Shown here piece after piece: positions 11,637 to 25,814 of a stretch of DNA of 63,483 bases. The notes under the pieces were generated by a model. It did no database searches. It was given only the letters and a program-made list of their open reading frames with translations, and was not told the origin of the DNA. This stretch comes from Octopus bimaculoides. Lineage: Eukaryota. Location: NCBI RefSeq assembly GCF_001194135.2, contig NC_068995.1:17794475-17857957 (forward strand). Reading direction: 5' to 3'. Position 1 is the stretch's first letter; each line of letters starts with the position of its first letter. The position numbers and the translations under genes are program-made.

Positions 11637-14569
11637 ATGAAAATAGTGATACTTTGTCCATCCTCAAACAAATACTCTAGTGGTATCACGAGTCTTCTCA
11701 TCTCACTTTTACTGGATGTAGATAATTTACACATCTGATTCTGTTTACATTCATAGCTAGTACATGGAGCATCTTAGCTCTCAAGGTTTTACGCTCAAGA
11801 ACTCATCTCTCCCATACTACGTTAGTTTAAGGAGAAATTCGAATGATAGCTAAATGTGAATATGCTGATGGTTTTTTGTACTGAATACCTACTCATGCAT
11901 AAATTGTTATTCAGGAATGAGTGCGTTCTTCCGTTGCTACTAACACATAACTTTTAGAGTGGTTGAGTAACGTCACTGCTCGGTTGCACATGGGTGGCTC
12001 TCTAGCCTACTTTCTTGGACATATTGTTGCGTTGCTTTAAGGCCCTCCTCAGTCTAGACTAAGGCCGCAAAATATCCATATACTATTTGTACGTAGAAAG
12101 TATCACTCGATAAAAAAATGTCGTCGCTCCTGCATTCAGCTCTAGAATCATAAATAGCTGGTTCCAGCAGCTTGAAGGAAAACGTAGCCAAGAGTAACAA
12201 CATGTACTACCTATAAAATCTACTACACTATTATTACCACTTCACTTGTACTTCATATACATCCTGTTTGGGGGCACAGGGCCACGTATATATATGATGA
12301 AAACGCGTATCATTCATTTTTTTTCGAGGAGACTTACTATTACACTGTTACGTCAGTTTGTCGACTCGTTCTCCTGCACAGTGGAGTGAAGATGTTTTTG
12401 TACACGCCACATACTAGGTTCAATCCAATTGCGTTGAATTATTGACATATATACATTTTTTCATAGTTTCGTGTGAATCCTTAAACTTTTAGGCGAATTC
12501 GGTGGAGGGGAAACTTTATAGAAGCGCCTAGACTAGACTATACATGTAACTAAAAAGTAGTCTCGCCACACTGTGTCACGCTGATTCCGCCTGCATATTA
12601 CAATGAAGGTACTCTTCTGTAAAAATGTTTAGCAGGTTAACTCTATGGACAAGTGATTAGGTTGATTAAATAACGGGATCGTCTACGTCGATGATGAATC
12701 ATATATGTATTGTATATCCATATAATATATGAGTTTTATTTGTCAATACATACTTTAAATACAGTTTGGGTGTATCAGTATAATGTGACTGAAGAATAGA
12801 TGAAGCCTAAAAAATATATAAGCAAAAGTCTTCGTAATATATCGAAATATAATTAAGCAAATTTCCTCTGGATTCGCATTTGGAACTATCAAATTTTAAC
12901 CTTGTATTAGGTTACCACCAGAATTAATTTTTATGAGCCTTTCATTACTCTCTGCATTGAAGAACCAATTTTCCGTGACATACCTTGCTTTAATCTTCCC
13001 TCTTCTCTCTGATTTTTCACCTTCTATTTCCCCCGTATATTTTTCCTCCTCTCACGCCAACATTACTCTCATCCGAAGTGCTCCGTTTCTAATCTTGGCT
13101 TTGTTTTATGGAACAGACTCGGCTAGTTAATTTAAATAATCTTCACTATCTTTTTATATTTCACGATTCTACAAACTCTGAGAAGCTTCATATTTTCCAT
13201 AAACCTGAACATTTCTGCTTAGCATCACCGATACTATGCTGGTGTGCACATTGATTAAATTAGATTTCATTGAATATAAACTTGTGATTTCCCCCGCTGT
13301 TATGACGAAAATTATTCTTTGGTTTGCAACAAGAAATGCTATGCTAAATATAGGGTTTCAATCAGTTTTATATTTTTCATTGAAATCAAAAATGTAAAAT
13401 ATAGCGTATAAATTGAAGTAATATGTTCACTGTCTACGTGAAATAATGTCTCTTTAAGGAGCTGATGTGTCTGAGAAAAAAACAGGTCTAACATAATACG
13501 GTAACAATTTCCTGACAATTTATTCTGTAATAACAGTTTTGTTCCGTTCAGAGACTCAAATTGACTTAATTTGCTTATGACTCAAAACAGTTTAATCTGT
13601 TGGCCTGAACACACTGTATCATCAAGACGCGAAAGGTTAACCTTTCTCTTTGTTTAGGTCAATGCTACTAAATACAGCAGCTGTGATTCTCATCCGAAGG
13701 TTCAAATGATAATGCACATGTTTTAAGGGTAAAAGAAAGGTTAAATTATTTAAAACTGCTTCGAACTTGATGTCTTAATTCAATTCAGTGAGAGGATAAA
13801 TAAATTATGCACTGTCCCATGAATGTGAGATTTAAAACTAAAGTCTTAGAGATTTTTTATTTCTAATTCAGAAGACATAATTATGTAGGACGTATCTAAT
13901 TCGTTATTTTTAAGCAGTCACCCATATAGCTGCACTTTTAGCAAATAAATATCTCCATGTTTACCGAGAACATTTACTTTTGAATATCTTCCAATACGAT
14001 GTACATAATGTCAATAATTTTGACGAAGTACAAGTTGAACTGTAGCAGTTAACTAAGTACATTCGATAAAATCAATTGAACTATATTACTGCCATATGCA
14101 TTATCAATTTCTAGGTTGGAGTTGCAATACGAAATAGACTCCGGAGAAATGTTGACCAAATCCGAGTAGTACGTATTGAAAATAAAATGATTTAGATATT
14201 TCACTGCACTAGAGATTTATACCTATTTTTTTATGAAATAGGAAACTTTATGCGTTCCTAAGTTGTCAGTAATGGTTGGAAAATAAGGAGCAGTGACAGA
14301 GGAAATTACATAACTCTGAAATTTTCATTCATTACTTTGCAAATGACGTCGTTAAACAATATAGCTATCTGGACATGAATCACAACTCTGAAAGAATATA
14401 TTATGTTAATGTCCCTATATGATTTTTACATGAATTGTCTGAAAATGTCTGAAAACTTGATCCAGTATTTGAAAATATTTGTGATGGTTTTTGGATTTGA
14501 ACCAAATTATAAGGAAGCATTGTATATCTGACGTAATGAGCAAATACACACACACACACACACACACAG

Positions 14570-14601
<32 letters not shown>

Positions 14602-14606
14602 GTAGG

Positions 14607-14662
<56 letters not shown>

Positions 14663-14717
14663 TGAGTATGTATGTGTATATATATATGAGTGAGTAGGCA
14701 GATGAGTTACATGTATT

Positions 14718-14860
14718 CTCAAAACAGTTTGATTCGGATTCCATACCACCTGAAGTTTCAAAGCCCATATCGGGGGCTGGTAAGAGTTCGAATTCTAACC
14801 AGCCTGACGAGAATCTTCGAAACTTCATGTAGTATGGAATCCGAATCAAACTCTTTTGAG
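14718..14860. repeat. 143-bp fold-back element (MITE-like)
   Basis: 46-bp arms 14718-14763 and 14815-14860 are reverse complements with 4 mismatches. There is an inner hairpin GGCTGGT...ACCAGCC at 14775-14804. Confidence 0.85.
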
Positions 14861-14880
14861 TAATATTTATGTATGTATGT

Positions 14881-16068
14881 CATTGTTCAGTTTTATTTCA
14901 AGATCTCTCGCCAATAGAGAAAGAGCCGGTTTTTGACCTAGATCCAAGGCTCCTTCATTGGAATTTTAACATCAGCAACAGGATACGTTTGTTTGTTTGT
15001 ATGTATGTATGTATGTATATATGTATGTATGTATGTATGTATATGTGCCGATTTGTACGCTTTGTTTTATGTATGTATTCTCATGCATGAGAATACATGA
15101 GAATACATGAGAATACATGTATCTAGACATGTTCATATATATTTAAATGATAAACTTCTGGAAAGTTTTACACCCGTTTTGTTACAGTGATGGATTGGAT
15201 CTGTAGCCTTCGAATTAGCTTTCTCCTTTCTGGTTTTGAGGGGCCTAATTTCTCAAGATTGGTATTTAGGCAGTGTTTTACATATACGAGGACCGCAATA
15301 ATTACCGGCACAAACCTGAACTTGTAGTCTGGATGGAGTAACTGCAGATTTCTGAAAACATCAGTGTTAGCATTCTCTTTTTCACTGATCTTCAGTTTTA
15401 TGTTAACATCCGCTGGGCACCTAGTTTCCACAATGGTACGCAGTTTCTCTTCTCTATCCCAAATCATTATATCAAGTTTTTGTGCTTACATTTTATTGAG
15501 GATATTCCAGCAGTACTCCTTTTTATTATGTGTTGCTATGGCTTGTACCATACTGTGGGTTCTTATTTCTTTGTCCACATAGTTATCCTTTCGATGGATT
15601 TCATTACAGATTGCCCTAGCTACAACATCATGTCTCATCGGTAAATAATGACGTGGTGACATTTCCGGACAACTGTTTATGAAGTTGTTGATATCTTCGG
15701 TGTTAATTCCACAAAGTCTGCATCGGTTGATACATTTTACTTTTCCCGCAGCACTATCCCTTTTGTGCATCAGGTACTTCCTTGATATTTCTTGTTCCAG
15801 GATTGCAAACGCATACCATAAAAAGTGGGGGGTAATAGCCCGGTTATTGTTCCATGATAGACTGCTTTCTCGATCAATGTTACTATCATCTCGGAGCTTT
15901 CTTCTAACATATTCATACATAGTCTTCTGCTCATATAGGCTCATCATTTCATCTGATGGTATATTGCGGTAGAGCCGTGCTACATCTTTGGGCATGTATT
16001 CTAGGCTATCAGACAAATAATGTTGCTCAAGGAGCTGCCTTCCAAATCTTGTGATGTTATCAGCCTTT
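14881..16068 (-). mobile_element. 5'-truncated RLE-type non-LTR retrotransposon (R2 group, R4/Dong-like), copy 1
   Basis: Minus strand encodes a degenerate CCHC knuckle (CRLCG...INSCP), an RHD motif (LPMRHDVVA) and a PD..D/E-type endonuclease (KLDIMIWDREEK...VETRCP). The 3' UTR ends ...AATAAAACTGAACAATG. A second copy is at 51085-51909. Confidence 0.88.
15168..16068 (-). pseudogene. Decayed C-terminal ORF remnant (zinc knuckle + restriction-like endonuclease) of the RLE retrotransposon
   Basis: Track ORFs 15486-16082 and 15168-15467 are in the same frame, separated by a stop at 15486-15488. Motifs as above. Confidence 0.85.
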
Positions 16069-16605
16069 ATGTATGTATGCATGTATGTATGTATGTATGT
16101 ATGTATGTATGTATGTATGTATGTAGTGAGGAAATTATTCAGTGATGTATTTGAGGAACTTCGAAGAATTTTGGTATTTGTAGCACTTCAGTCAAACAGT
16201 TCTTGAAAATTTCATGGATGATATATTAAGATATACGTGAAAACATGACATATTTTAAATAAATTATTTGATATTTATTGCAATTTGATAAAATGTTCGT
16301 TGTAAAAATTAGTATTTCACTAAAATTTTTCAAAAAGTTCATTCTGTCAGGAGAGCTTTTAGTTCGAGCAAAGTTTTTCACATTATCATTTTGTTATACA
16401 AAATGTACTTCATACATTCCTTGACCAAAGAACGCACAGCTTGGGGATTTTCAGATTCACATATTCCGAATATATTTAACCTTATGCATTCGCGATGTCG
16501 CCTCTTAATATATGTGGCATATATGTTGTTGTGATAACTTCTGATTCTCCAACAAAATTGGCCAACATCTCGTTATCCCAACCTGGTCATTGATGTCCGC
16601 ACACG

Positions 16606-16663
<58 letters not shown>

Positions 16664-16771
16664 AGGGTATAATATATTTATGCTTGCCTTAAATTATTTT
16701 CATTCCGTTTGACTATTTTTTCTGCAGTTATATGTGGGTGGATGTGTATACGTTTGTGTATGTGTGTGTGC

Positions 16772-16814
<43 letters not shown>

Positions 16815-16855
16815 TGTGTGTGTGTGTGTGTAAGTGCGTGTGTGCATTGATACAC

Positions 16856-16888
<33 letters not shown>

Positions 16889-19448
16889 GATAAATATATA
16901 AATATACATGTAAGTGTATACATCACAATATATTTATGCATACCTCGAACAATTTTTTATTTGTGCTGTCTGTTTCTTACTAGTTTCTAAAATAATTTTT
17001 CTTGCACGCACACACGCCCACACACGTGATTATATGCTTATTTGTGCATTTATGTTGGTGTTTGTGTGTATATATGTATATGTATTTTCATCTACGATTG
17101 TATACGTATATATGTTACCATTATGAAAAAAAAAAAAGAATAATAACAAAAGCGGAAACATCGTTTTCTTTCCTAATTTTAACGTCAGAAGAAAAACAAC
17201 GATAAATACTGTAATTGGATTAACTAAATGGTGTTATACAGATTAGTTTTCGTCATTGTGTCCATGGAAACGTAGGTAATAACTGCTCAACTGTGTTTAA
17301 AATTATCTCAAGTAAATAGAAAACTTGTTTTAATAGTATTTGATTATTCTTTACCTTAACACAACGAACTGATAAAACATTTAAAAGATACGCCACTAAA
17401 GTGTCTACGTGAGTAACGTCTTTATTTATTTGTCACCACTTTTATTTTTTATTTGTTCGGTTAATCTTGAGTGGTTGGCTCAGTACATCGGAGAGTGTAG
17501 CATATGCGCCTAGTTATTCGATACGTAGACTTGTGTCTACTCATGTTTAAGGTATGAGAAAATATTCCCGGTTATAGAGTAAATTTTTGGCTTCCTAACA
17601 CTTACTTCAGAGGCCTGAAATATGGATAATACACTCTGCACTCCTCCCCTACATTAACCGATAAAAACGAAACAAATCGTTTTGGAATTCGTCACGCACT
17701 TAGTATATGTCCTTAGATTTCAGTATCTATCTGGAATGCGAACTGGTTTATTCAGCGATATCTCATGAGGAAGTCAGGAAGTCAGAACGATCTTCAAATC
17801 CCCTCTTATTTAGTATGTACCGACATACATACACACATGATTTCATACATGTATATATGTATGTATGTATACACGAGAATTTATATCTACTTTTTCAATA
17901 AAGAATTTTGAAGGCCTTGAAAGGGGATGTCTCATTATTCTTCATTAATATAATGTGGCTTCTTATGAAACTGATGTGTGTTACGTAGGCTCCTGTTAAG
18001 AAACTTTACTTTAAAATTAGACAGAAACACTTTGAATTTGCACTGGATTCTGTGGCTTTGTGCACGCTCACTGATCTCCATAGTTCAGACCGCATAACGA
18101 TTGCAGTAACATCAATGCAATTGGAAATAAGCAGCGAATTATATACATTGTTCGATGAGTTGGAAATATACGACTAATATATGTATCTGTGTAAACAAGA
18201 AAAAACTAACTATTAAGCAAAACTGCTATGCTTTGCTGTATTTGATTGGAATATTTCAGGCCAGATGACTCGTCAATGTAGAGTCAAAAGTCTATCGAGG
18301 AAAAAAAAAGAGAACTTTCCTCGTAGCCATTCAAATTTAATGACAGCAGCTCATCTGTGTTGCATGATGACATACGATACTTAGCATGATTTATTCTTTG
18401 AAACTTTCAAATTTTGCGTGCAACCATCCAATCTTACCATATGGCTAGACGCCTTTCGTTAATTAACAATTCACAGAACTGAACCACAGAGGAATGATTT
18501 TCACGATGTGATTGACTTTTACTTTAATTTCTTTCTAATCTGACGCATCCCTTGATAATTGTTGTTATAACAGTTATGAAAGGTTTTGATAGTGTGATTT
18601 GAAATTTTCCGTGTTAACAGTTTTATTTTAAATGTTTACTATTCAAAAGTCTTCCAATGGAGCATTTCTTGGTTTATTTTGATATTTAGTTCATAACCAA
18701 ATTGACCTTTTGCTCATACAGAATAAAGCAAAATAGAAAATTGCACAATTATATTGAAAATCTGTATTAGAAAAATGTTTACTTTAACGTATTCATGAGG
18801 AAATATTTCCAGACTGCTTTCTCCGTGTTTTCTCCAATTTTCGCTTATCAGCGCTCCAGATACAACTTAAGAGTTCCATTAATTGCCGGTTAATTGCAAG
18901 TTCAGGATTGGAGACAGTCCGCTCGTTGGATAAGCAATGAGTTAATGTTCAAAAGTGGGGAGAAGACGCCTCGATATCTGCTGTAAAAAATTTGAATTTT
19001 AAGCCTAATGGGTAACAAACTACTATAAGTAAGATATACTTTGCTGCTATTTTATATACGGATTCTAAACTTCTATCAGGAATGTAACTAAAGAACACGA
19101 TGAGTAAGAAAATATATAATGCTAATGTACACATGGAGTCAATTGCTTATATTAATATTCTACCAAGATAACATCGTCTGTTTACATAAGCATATACAGG
19201 CTTTTTCGTCTGCACATTCTGAGATTATTTTCTATGAATTCTGCGGCAGATTTAGATTTACTAAATTATGGAATCCTCAGTGCATGTATCAAATTGGCAA
19301 AGAAGCCTTCCACTCTACGAATATGATACTTTGTACCATTTTCTTACAAAAGAGTCTACATTTTTTTCTGCAATTTTCATTCAAACGTGTCGCAATATTC
19401 AATCTTTTATCTTAAACTCTTTTTAATTATATTCATATTCATATTTAC

Positions 19449-19866
19449 TGGTGCAAGCGTGGCTGTGTGGTGAGAAATTTACTTCCCAACCACATGGTTA
19501 CGGGCTGAATCCCACCGCGTGAGACCTTGGGCAAGTAACGTCCATTATATCCTCGGGTCGACCAAAGCATTGCGGGTGCATTTGGTAGAGGGAAACTGAA
19601 TGAAGCCCGTTGTAGATATATATACATCGGTGTATATATACACACATATATATATATATATGTATGTATGTGTGTGTGTGTGTGTGTGTGTGTTTATTTC
19701 TCCACCACTACTTGACAACGGGTGTTAATGTGTTTACGGCCCAGCAGCTTAGCCTTTAGAAAATACCTGCCTTAAAATAGAAAATATTACTGAGGCCGAT
19801 TCGTTTCACTAAATTTTCCGAAGAATTGCCCCGGCATAGCCAAAGTCTGATGGTAAACTGGTAAAT
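19449..19866 (+). mobile_element. tRNA-derived SINE family 1, diverged full-length copy
   Basis: A-box-like TGGCTGTGTGG, degenerate B box GGGCTGAATCCC, conserved body (GACCAAAGC...TTTGGTAGA.GGAAACTGAA.GAAGCCCGT), central microsatellite. Confidence 0.85.
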
Positions 19867-22800
19867 ATTTCAAATCTTTGAATATTTTAAAAATGAATTC
19901 AAGTCACATTGACCGAAAGAGAAGAAAAGTGGATGTACGGGTATTTTACCTTGCCAAAGGGCAGCCTGTAACAATGCTATCATCATCCTCAACCTCCCCT
20001 GGTGCCGCTGCTGCACATTCTCCCCNNNNNNNNNNNNNNNNNNNNNNNNNNNNNNNNNNNNNNNNNNNNNNNNNNNNNNNNNNNNNNNNNNNNNNNNNNN
20101 NNNNNNNNNNNNNNNNNNNNNNNNNNNNNNNNNNNNNNNNNNNNNNNNNNNNNNNNNNNNNNNNNNNNNNNNNNNNNNNNNNNNNNNNNNNNNNNNNNNN
20201 NNNNNNNNNNNNNNNNNNNNNNNNNNNNNNNNNNNNNNNNNNNNNNNNNNNNNNNNNNNNNNNNNNNNNNNNNNNNNNNNNNNNNNNNNNNNNNNNNNNN
20301 NNNNNNNNNNNNNNNNNNNNNNNNNNNNNNNNNNNNNNNNNNNNNNNNNNNNNNNNNNNNNNNNNNNNNNNNNNNNNNNNNNNNNNNNNNNNNNNNNNNN
20401 NNNNNNNNNNNNNNNNNNNNNNNNNNNNNNNNNNNNNNNNNNNNNNNNNNNNNNNNNNNNNNNNNNNNNNNNNNNNNNNNNNNNNNNNNNNNNNNNNNNN
20501 NNNNNNNNNNNNNNNNNNNNNNNNNNNNNNNNNNNNNNNNNNNNNNNNNNNNNNNNNNNNNNNNNNNNNNNNNNNNNNNNNNNNNNNNNNNNNNNNNNNN
20601 NNNNNNNNNNNNNNNNNNNNNNNNNNNNNNNNNNNNNNNNNNNNNNNNNNNNNNNNNNNNNNNNNNNNNNNNNNNNNNNNNNNNNNNNNNNNNNNNNNNN
20701 NNNNNNNNNNNNNNNNNNNNNNNNNNNNNNNNNNNNNNNNNNNNNNNNNNNNNNNNNNNNNNNNNNNNNNNNNNNNNNNNNNNNNNNNNNNNNNNNNNCA
20801 GCAGCAGCAGCAGCATAAGGACAATCCAAAGCAAAAAAGAGAATAATTCTCGAAATGAAATTTCCGAATCTATGAAATTGAGAAACGTAAAACCCAAGGA
20901 TAAATATTCAGGATTCCCGAATTAGAGTATTCAGTATTTCAAGGATATAAATGAATGAAAATATCTTCCGAAAGATGCTGGCGTAAGCAAACTAAACTGG
21001 TTTTTTTTTTAAATAACGTTTTCATGACCGAATCCTATTTTTCATTCGACTGTTTTCAAGTACGAGTATCAATATATAAGCTTAACAAGAGAGGAAACAG
21101 TAAGCCTATAAAGAAAAGTAACTTCACCCTTCATATTCATCGGAGAAATATATGTAAAAAGCCTTGATAATTCCAAAAGAATTTTAGCATTATTTATTTT
21201 ACATTTTATTTTATGGTTTATTCTCATTGTGCTTACACTAACTTTGGTTTCTATGTCAGTTGATCAGATGTAATATATGCGTACATAAGAAAAGTCCCAA
21301 AACAACAGCGCCAGCTCGCCTGTATCCGGGAACGAGAAATTTTGAATGTATGCATATATGATTTATTTTTTCAGATATGAAACTGCCTGGATATATGTAT
21401 GTAACGATAAATGTGTTCGTATATAATCTGTAACTGTTGAAACTTATAGACAATTCTTTGACTCACAGAAAAAGGAACAATGATATAGATTTACATGTTG
21501 AATGTCACGAAAAAAATTCCGCATAATTTTAGAGTTCCTGTTATACATTGTAAATACATAATAATGAATCTGATTTTAAATGAAAATCCCTGTATCCTTG
21601 GATTATTATTTAGGAATTTGTAATGTGATCAACTGCACATCTGCTTATGAATATACAAGCACACGGATAATCTCAATAGTGAAAAACTAAGATCAGAAAT
21701 ATTTAATTATGTATTCTCTCGAAATTTTCATATTTCCTGCAACATTGTTTGAAAAACGTTACAATTTTCTGGTCTTCATATCGAAATAGACTTCAAACGA
21801 TGTGAGTCAATCATCGACCGTAGCGTATTTGCTGATCTAATGATTTTCATAGGATTTTCCATTGATTGTGTTTGGGTTCCATCTTCCGTACTAACAAACT
21901 CAGCCACTAGTTCATATTCAATTCTTGAATATCGTACTACTTCGTATGTAGAATAAGGCAGTTGGCTGACCATAACATTGATCGATAGATCGATTCATGT
22001 ATGCAATTTTCAAGTCTATCATAATTGCAGCGTATCATAGTATAACGAAATACCAGCCGCCTCTTGCATCATAGTCCGCTGAAAACATGTGGCGCCATTA
22101 TCAGACGACGTCTATGGAGTGTCCATCTTATTTAACTCATTTTGTCTAAATTCTCAATATTCCATTCTATCACTCATTACTCTTTCATTCATTTGCAACA
22201 GGAACCATGCCACGAGTTACATTTTGTAGTTGGATAGATAAATATCATTGAGCGTATCTATTTTTGCAAAACATTCGCATCAAATTTAAAAGATGCTGGT
22301 GGTTCTCTACACAGCAACAAAGAAAAAAAAAAACATTGACAAAAGAATAAAATATTGAAGAGCAAGGGTGGACTTTTCAGCGGCGTTGCTTTCATTCTTA
22401 TTTTTCATTTAAAACAGTTAAAACTTCATTTACATGGATAATTCCCAATCTCTTTCGAGTGGAAATAACCATCGTTATATTTCATACAATAATACAGAGA
22501 TAGCTATATGAAATATTGAATACATATTGACGCTGTGTGCTAGATCTGTTAAAACTTTACATCATACAATTTCTCTTTCTCCATCACTTGTAAATGAACG
22601 TTTTAATAATTGATAGCATATTCCAAATAGATGAATACTAAAATGAAATATTGTATAAACTAGGCAATTGCGTACGCTTACGTATGTCTCTCTCACAGAA
22701 CTAAGATCTGTCAAACTGCCTTATATGTGAAATGGCTATTTCCCGTAGATAGAATGATTGTGTTCACCTCAGATGCTCTATAGTGCGTTTTTGATTGCAT

Positions 22801-23564
22801 ACTGATTTGCATGCTGATTTTAAGCCCACATTAACTTTCGTAATTTTGGATCAAACAAACAGGTACAACTCAATAAAGTGATGAGGTTAATGTAAATCTA
22901 TTACACCCAACAACAATGGCTCCGAAACTGCCAAAGCTATTTCATTATAAATATAATTATATATTTGCACTTATTTATTTTATTAATCCAAGAATACTAC
23001 ACAGTTCATATGATTCATTTTACACTGGCTTTGGACAAATTTAAAACGTTTCTGACCAAAAGTATCGTAATTGTACTAAACAACGGATTGCGCTTGCTCG
23101 ATTTTCTATCCCATTTAAAAATTACCCATGGAAAAATTCCCAAAACTAGCGATAAAGTTTGCCTTAATCAACACTCTTGAAAACGTTTTATAGCTAGTGA
23201 CTAGTTTTGTCTCATGCATATAATATTTGGAACGAGGTGAGATTATGGTTGTCACAAGTATGCAAAATTCAATTTGTAGTGTTTTATAGGAAAATTGTCT
23301 ATGCGAATAATCCATTATACTAGAGTATCTTCAATTAAAGAATACGCAAGAATGTACATATGGACAAAACACTTTACTTTATGTGTGAGAATGAAGTTAG
23401 AACTTATTCCTGAAAATATTAATTTCCTGTTATCATATAGATAACTTACATTGGCGCAAGGAACACAACTCAATATATCGCATCATACAACTATACGTAT
23501 GCACATATATTCACAAACACAAACAAATACAGAGAGGGATATAGAGAAGCACACATATATCTAG

Positions 23565-23627
<63 letters not shown>

Positions 23628-23675
23628 CATAGAAATATACNNNNNNNNNNCATATATTTATATATACATATATGG

Positions 23676-23709
<34 letters not shown>

Positions 23710-24926
23710 TTATATATATATGCTCTCTTATAATAATAGAATAGTTGAAAGGTGATGTGTTATATGCGTCGCCGTCAGTTAAAGAGGTTTTCTAAATCAT
23801 TATTTTAATAGCAGGGGCTACTTCTTTAAATTCGGAAATATTTTCTCTCAAGCTATTGGTTTGTGTCGTTTCGCAAATGATCAAGTGAAGCAGTAGAACA
23901 CATCTGCTGCCAATTTAATCAGCTTAGAATTCAGGGCACTTAATCTTTGCCCTTTTACATTCGATCTTCAATGTCCTCAAGGAAATGCAGAGCGCTCATA
24001 TGTCAGTATTTTCCGGACTTAAGAAAGAAGTCTAAAACATAATCTCCGAAAGAATTTTAAATCTATAAAATAACGATTTACTTCTGTACGTTTTACGTTG
24101 TCACCTTTTAAACAATTCAACAAATATTATGAGCGAGTAATATTTTAAACGATAATTATATGTTAACAACTACTACAAAGCATTTAAATTAAGCAAGTAT
24201 ATAATACACAACTCTTACACACGAAAGTACATGAAGACTACAAGCTACACATACACACACACACATACACATATATGTAGATATACAAATACAAATATAC
24301 ACTGTCTATATGTGCGTGTGGGCATATATATATATATATACCTGTATGTTTACACACACACACACACATAGGCACATGCACATCGAGCGCTTTAGAATTA
24401 GCCTAAACTTGATCTTCCACCACTCACTACCATTTGTTACATATAAGATTCCGTCTTAATGAAAAGAATGCTGAATATTTACTAAAACAGCGTATGCAAT
24501 CACGATCTTGTCAAGCTGTGCAAAGGAATCTGTTACTAACCAACTCTTCCGTATATTTTTTAGCTGTCTTGATTGAAAAATGAACTCGTGCATATTTCAT
24601 GAAGTTTGTGGTGTAATAAATCTCTTGTGGGGTGTTCTATTCTGGATACGCTCATATTCCCACGAATCATATTCCCACACATCAAACTTTCATGTAGTTT
24701 CAAAATTTGCAGCTACTAATAGAATTTTCATAAATAACATAGTTAACTAGAGATCCAACTAATTAATTTATAGGGAGTGGAGTATAGATCATTAGACGAT
24801 CATGTATTTTATGTGATATTACATGATATCCCTATATAGCATAATTATAAGTCAATTTCCCAATAATGTATGAAGGTTCTATTAAAAGTACGTTAGGAAC
24901 TCTTACAAACTACGATAGTATCTCCC

Positions 24927-25043
<117 letters not shown>

Positions 25044-25182
25044 ATTTGTCGCTCACACTATCTCTATCTATCTTCTCTCTCCCCCCTCTCTCTTGTCTTT
25101 CTGCATATATACATATTATATTTGTATAGTCATATTTAACACGCTTGTGTGTGCAGGATGATGTTAAATATTCTTTTCTAAT

Positions 25183-25260
25183 CTAGGCAACAGGCCAGAA
25201 GGGGGCCAGTCGATCAGATCGACCCAAGCACGCACTTGGTACTTAACTTTTCGGCACCGA
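25183..25260 (-). mobile_element. SINE family 3, 3' fragment
   Basis: Reverse complement (TTAAGTACCAAGT...GGGTCGATCTGATCGACTGGCCCCC...TGCCTAG) resembles the 3' part of 55314-55530. Confidence 0.55.
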
Positions 25261-25263
25261 TAT

Positions 25264-25335
<72 letters not shown>

Positions 25336-25363
25336 TTATTTATCTATCTATCTATTTATCTAA

Positions 25364-25401
<38 letters not shown>

Positions 25402-25515
25402 CGCGAGAGAGTTAGGGGTTGGGGGTTCAACCCACTAAGGGATAGTATCTATCCAGTATACTGCTGGGAGGGTACCCAATTATTGCTACACTAGTGCTAT
25501 CCTATATATATATAT

Positions 25516-25814
25516 AATGTTATCTCCAGCGTCTCCTGCTTTCTGTCCTTCCCTGTACCTTGGTCAAACTGTACGACCCTTGACTGACTGGTTCGCCTAG
25601 CCCCCCTCCCCCTCGGGACATCAGACTCGGCAATGACACCCTGGTCTCGCGCCATCTCCGCTCTACCTGTCATTCGCTAGAACATCTGTCTGCGTTCGGA
25701 CAGTCTCTGCACAGTGGCCACCCGGACACCCGCCTTCGCCGTGAACAGCAATTGATCTTCTCTCTTCATTCCTTTGCACTATTTGGGCTCAACCCACTTC
25801 CTCTCTTCATCTGA
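25516..25814 (+). pseudogene. Decayed GIY-YIG endonuclease domain of a Penelope-like element
   Basis: Manual translation across 2 frameshifts and 1 stop: NVIS.VSC...CPSLYLGQTVRPLTDWFA*...RDIRLGNDTLVSRHLRSTCHSLEHLSAFGQSLHSGHPDTRLRREQQLIFSLHSFALFGLNPLPLFI*. It shows the YxGQT motif, conserved R and E, and terminal GLN typical of PLE GIY-YIG domains. Not in the ORF track. Confidence 0.8.

Noticed and set aside
10957-11738. Pro/Gln, Thr, Val and Gly/Cys-rich ORFs resembling keratin-associated or mucin proteins
   Set aside because: They lie on a compound trinucleotide microsatellite plus a SINE and are open in many frames on both strands.
14804-14827. CTGACGA-GAATCTTC-GAAAC as a functional hammerhead
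   Set aside because: Stem II is only 2 bp and there is no stem I complement after a NUH triplet in either type I or type III topology.
19878-20846. Possible polyQ exon spanning the gap
   Set aside because: About 80% is N. The flanks look like a degenerate CAT/CAG trinucleotide tract similar to 61737-61997, with no splice evidence.
25401-25502. 100-bp GC-richer island between (TA)n tracts with small palindromes (GGATAG-TAT-CTATCC, CAGTATACTG, CACTAGTG)
   Set aside because: Probably a terminal fragment of another repeat. It is single-copy here with no definable core motif.
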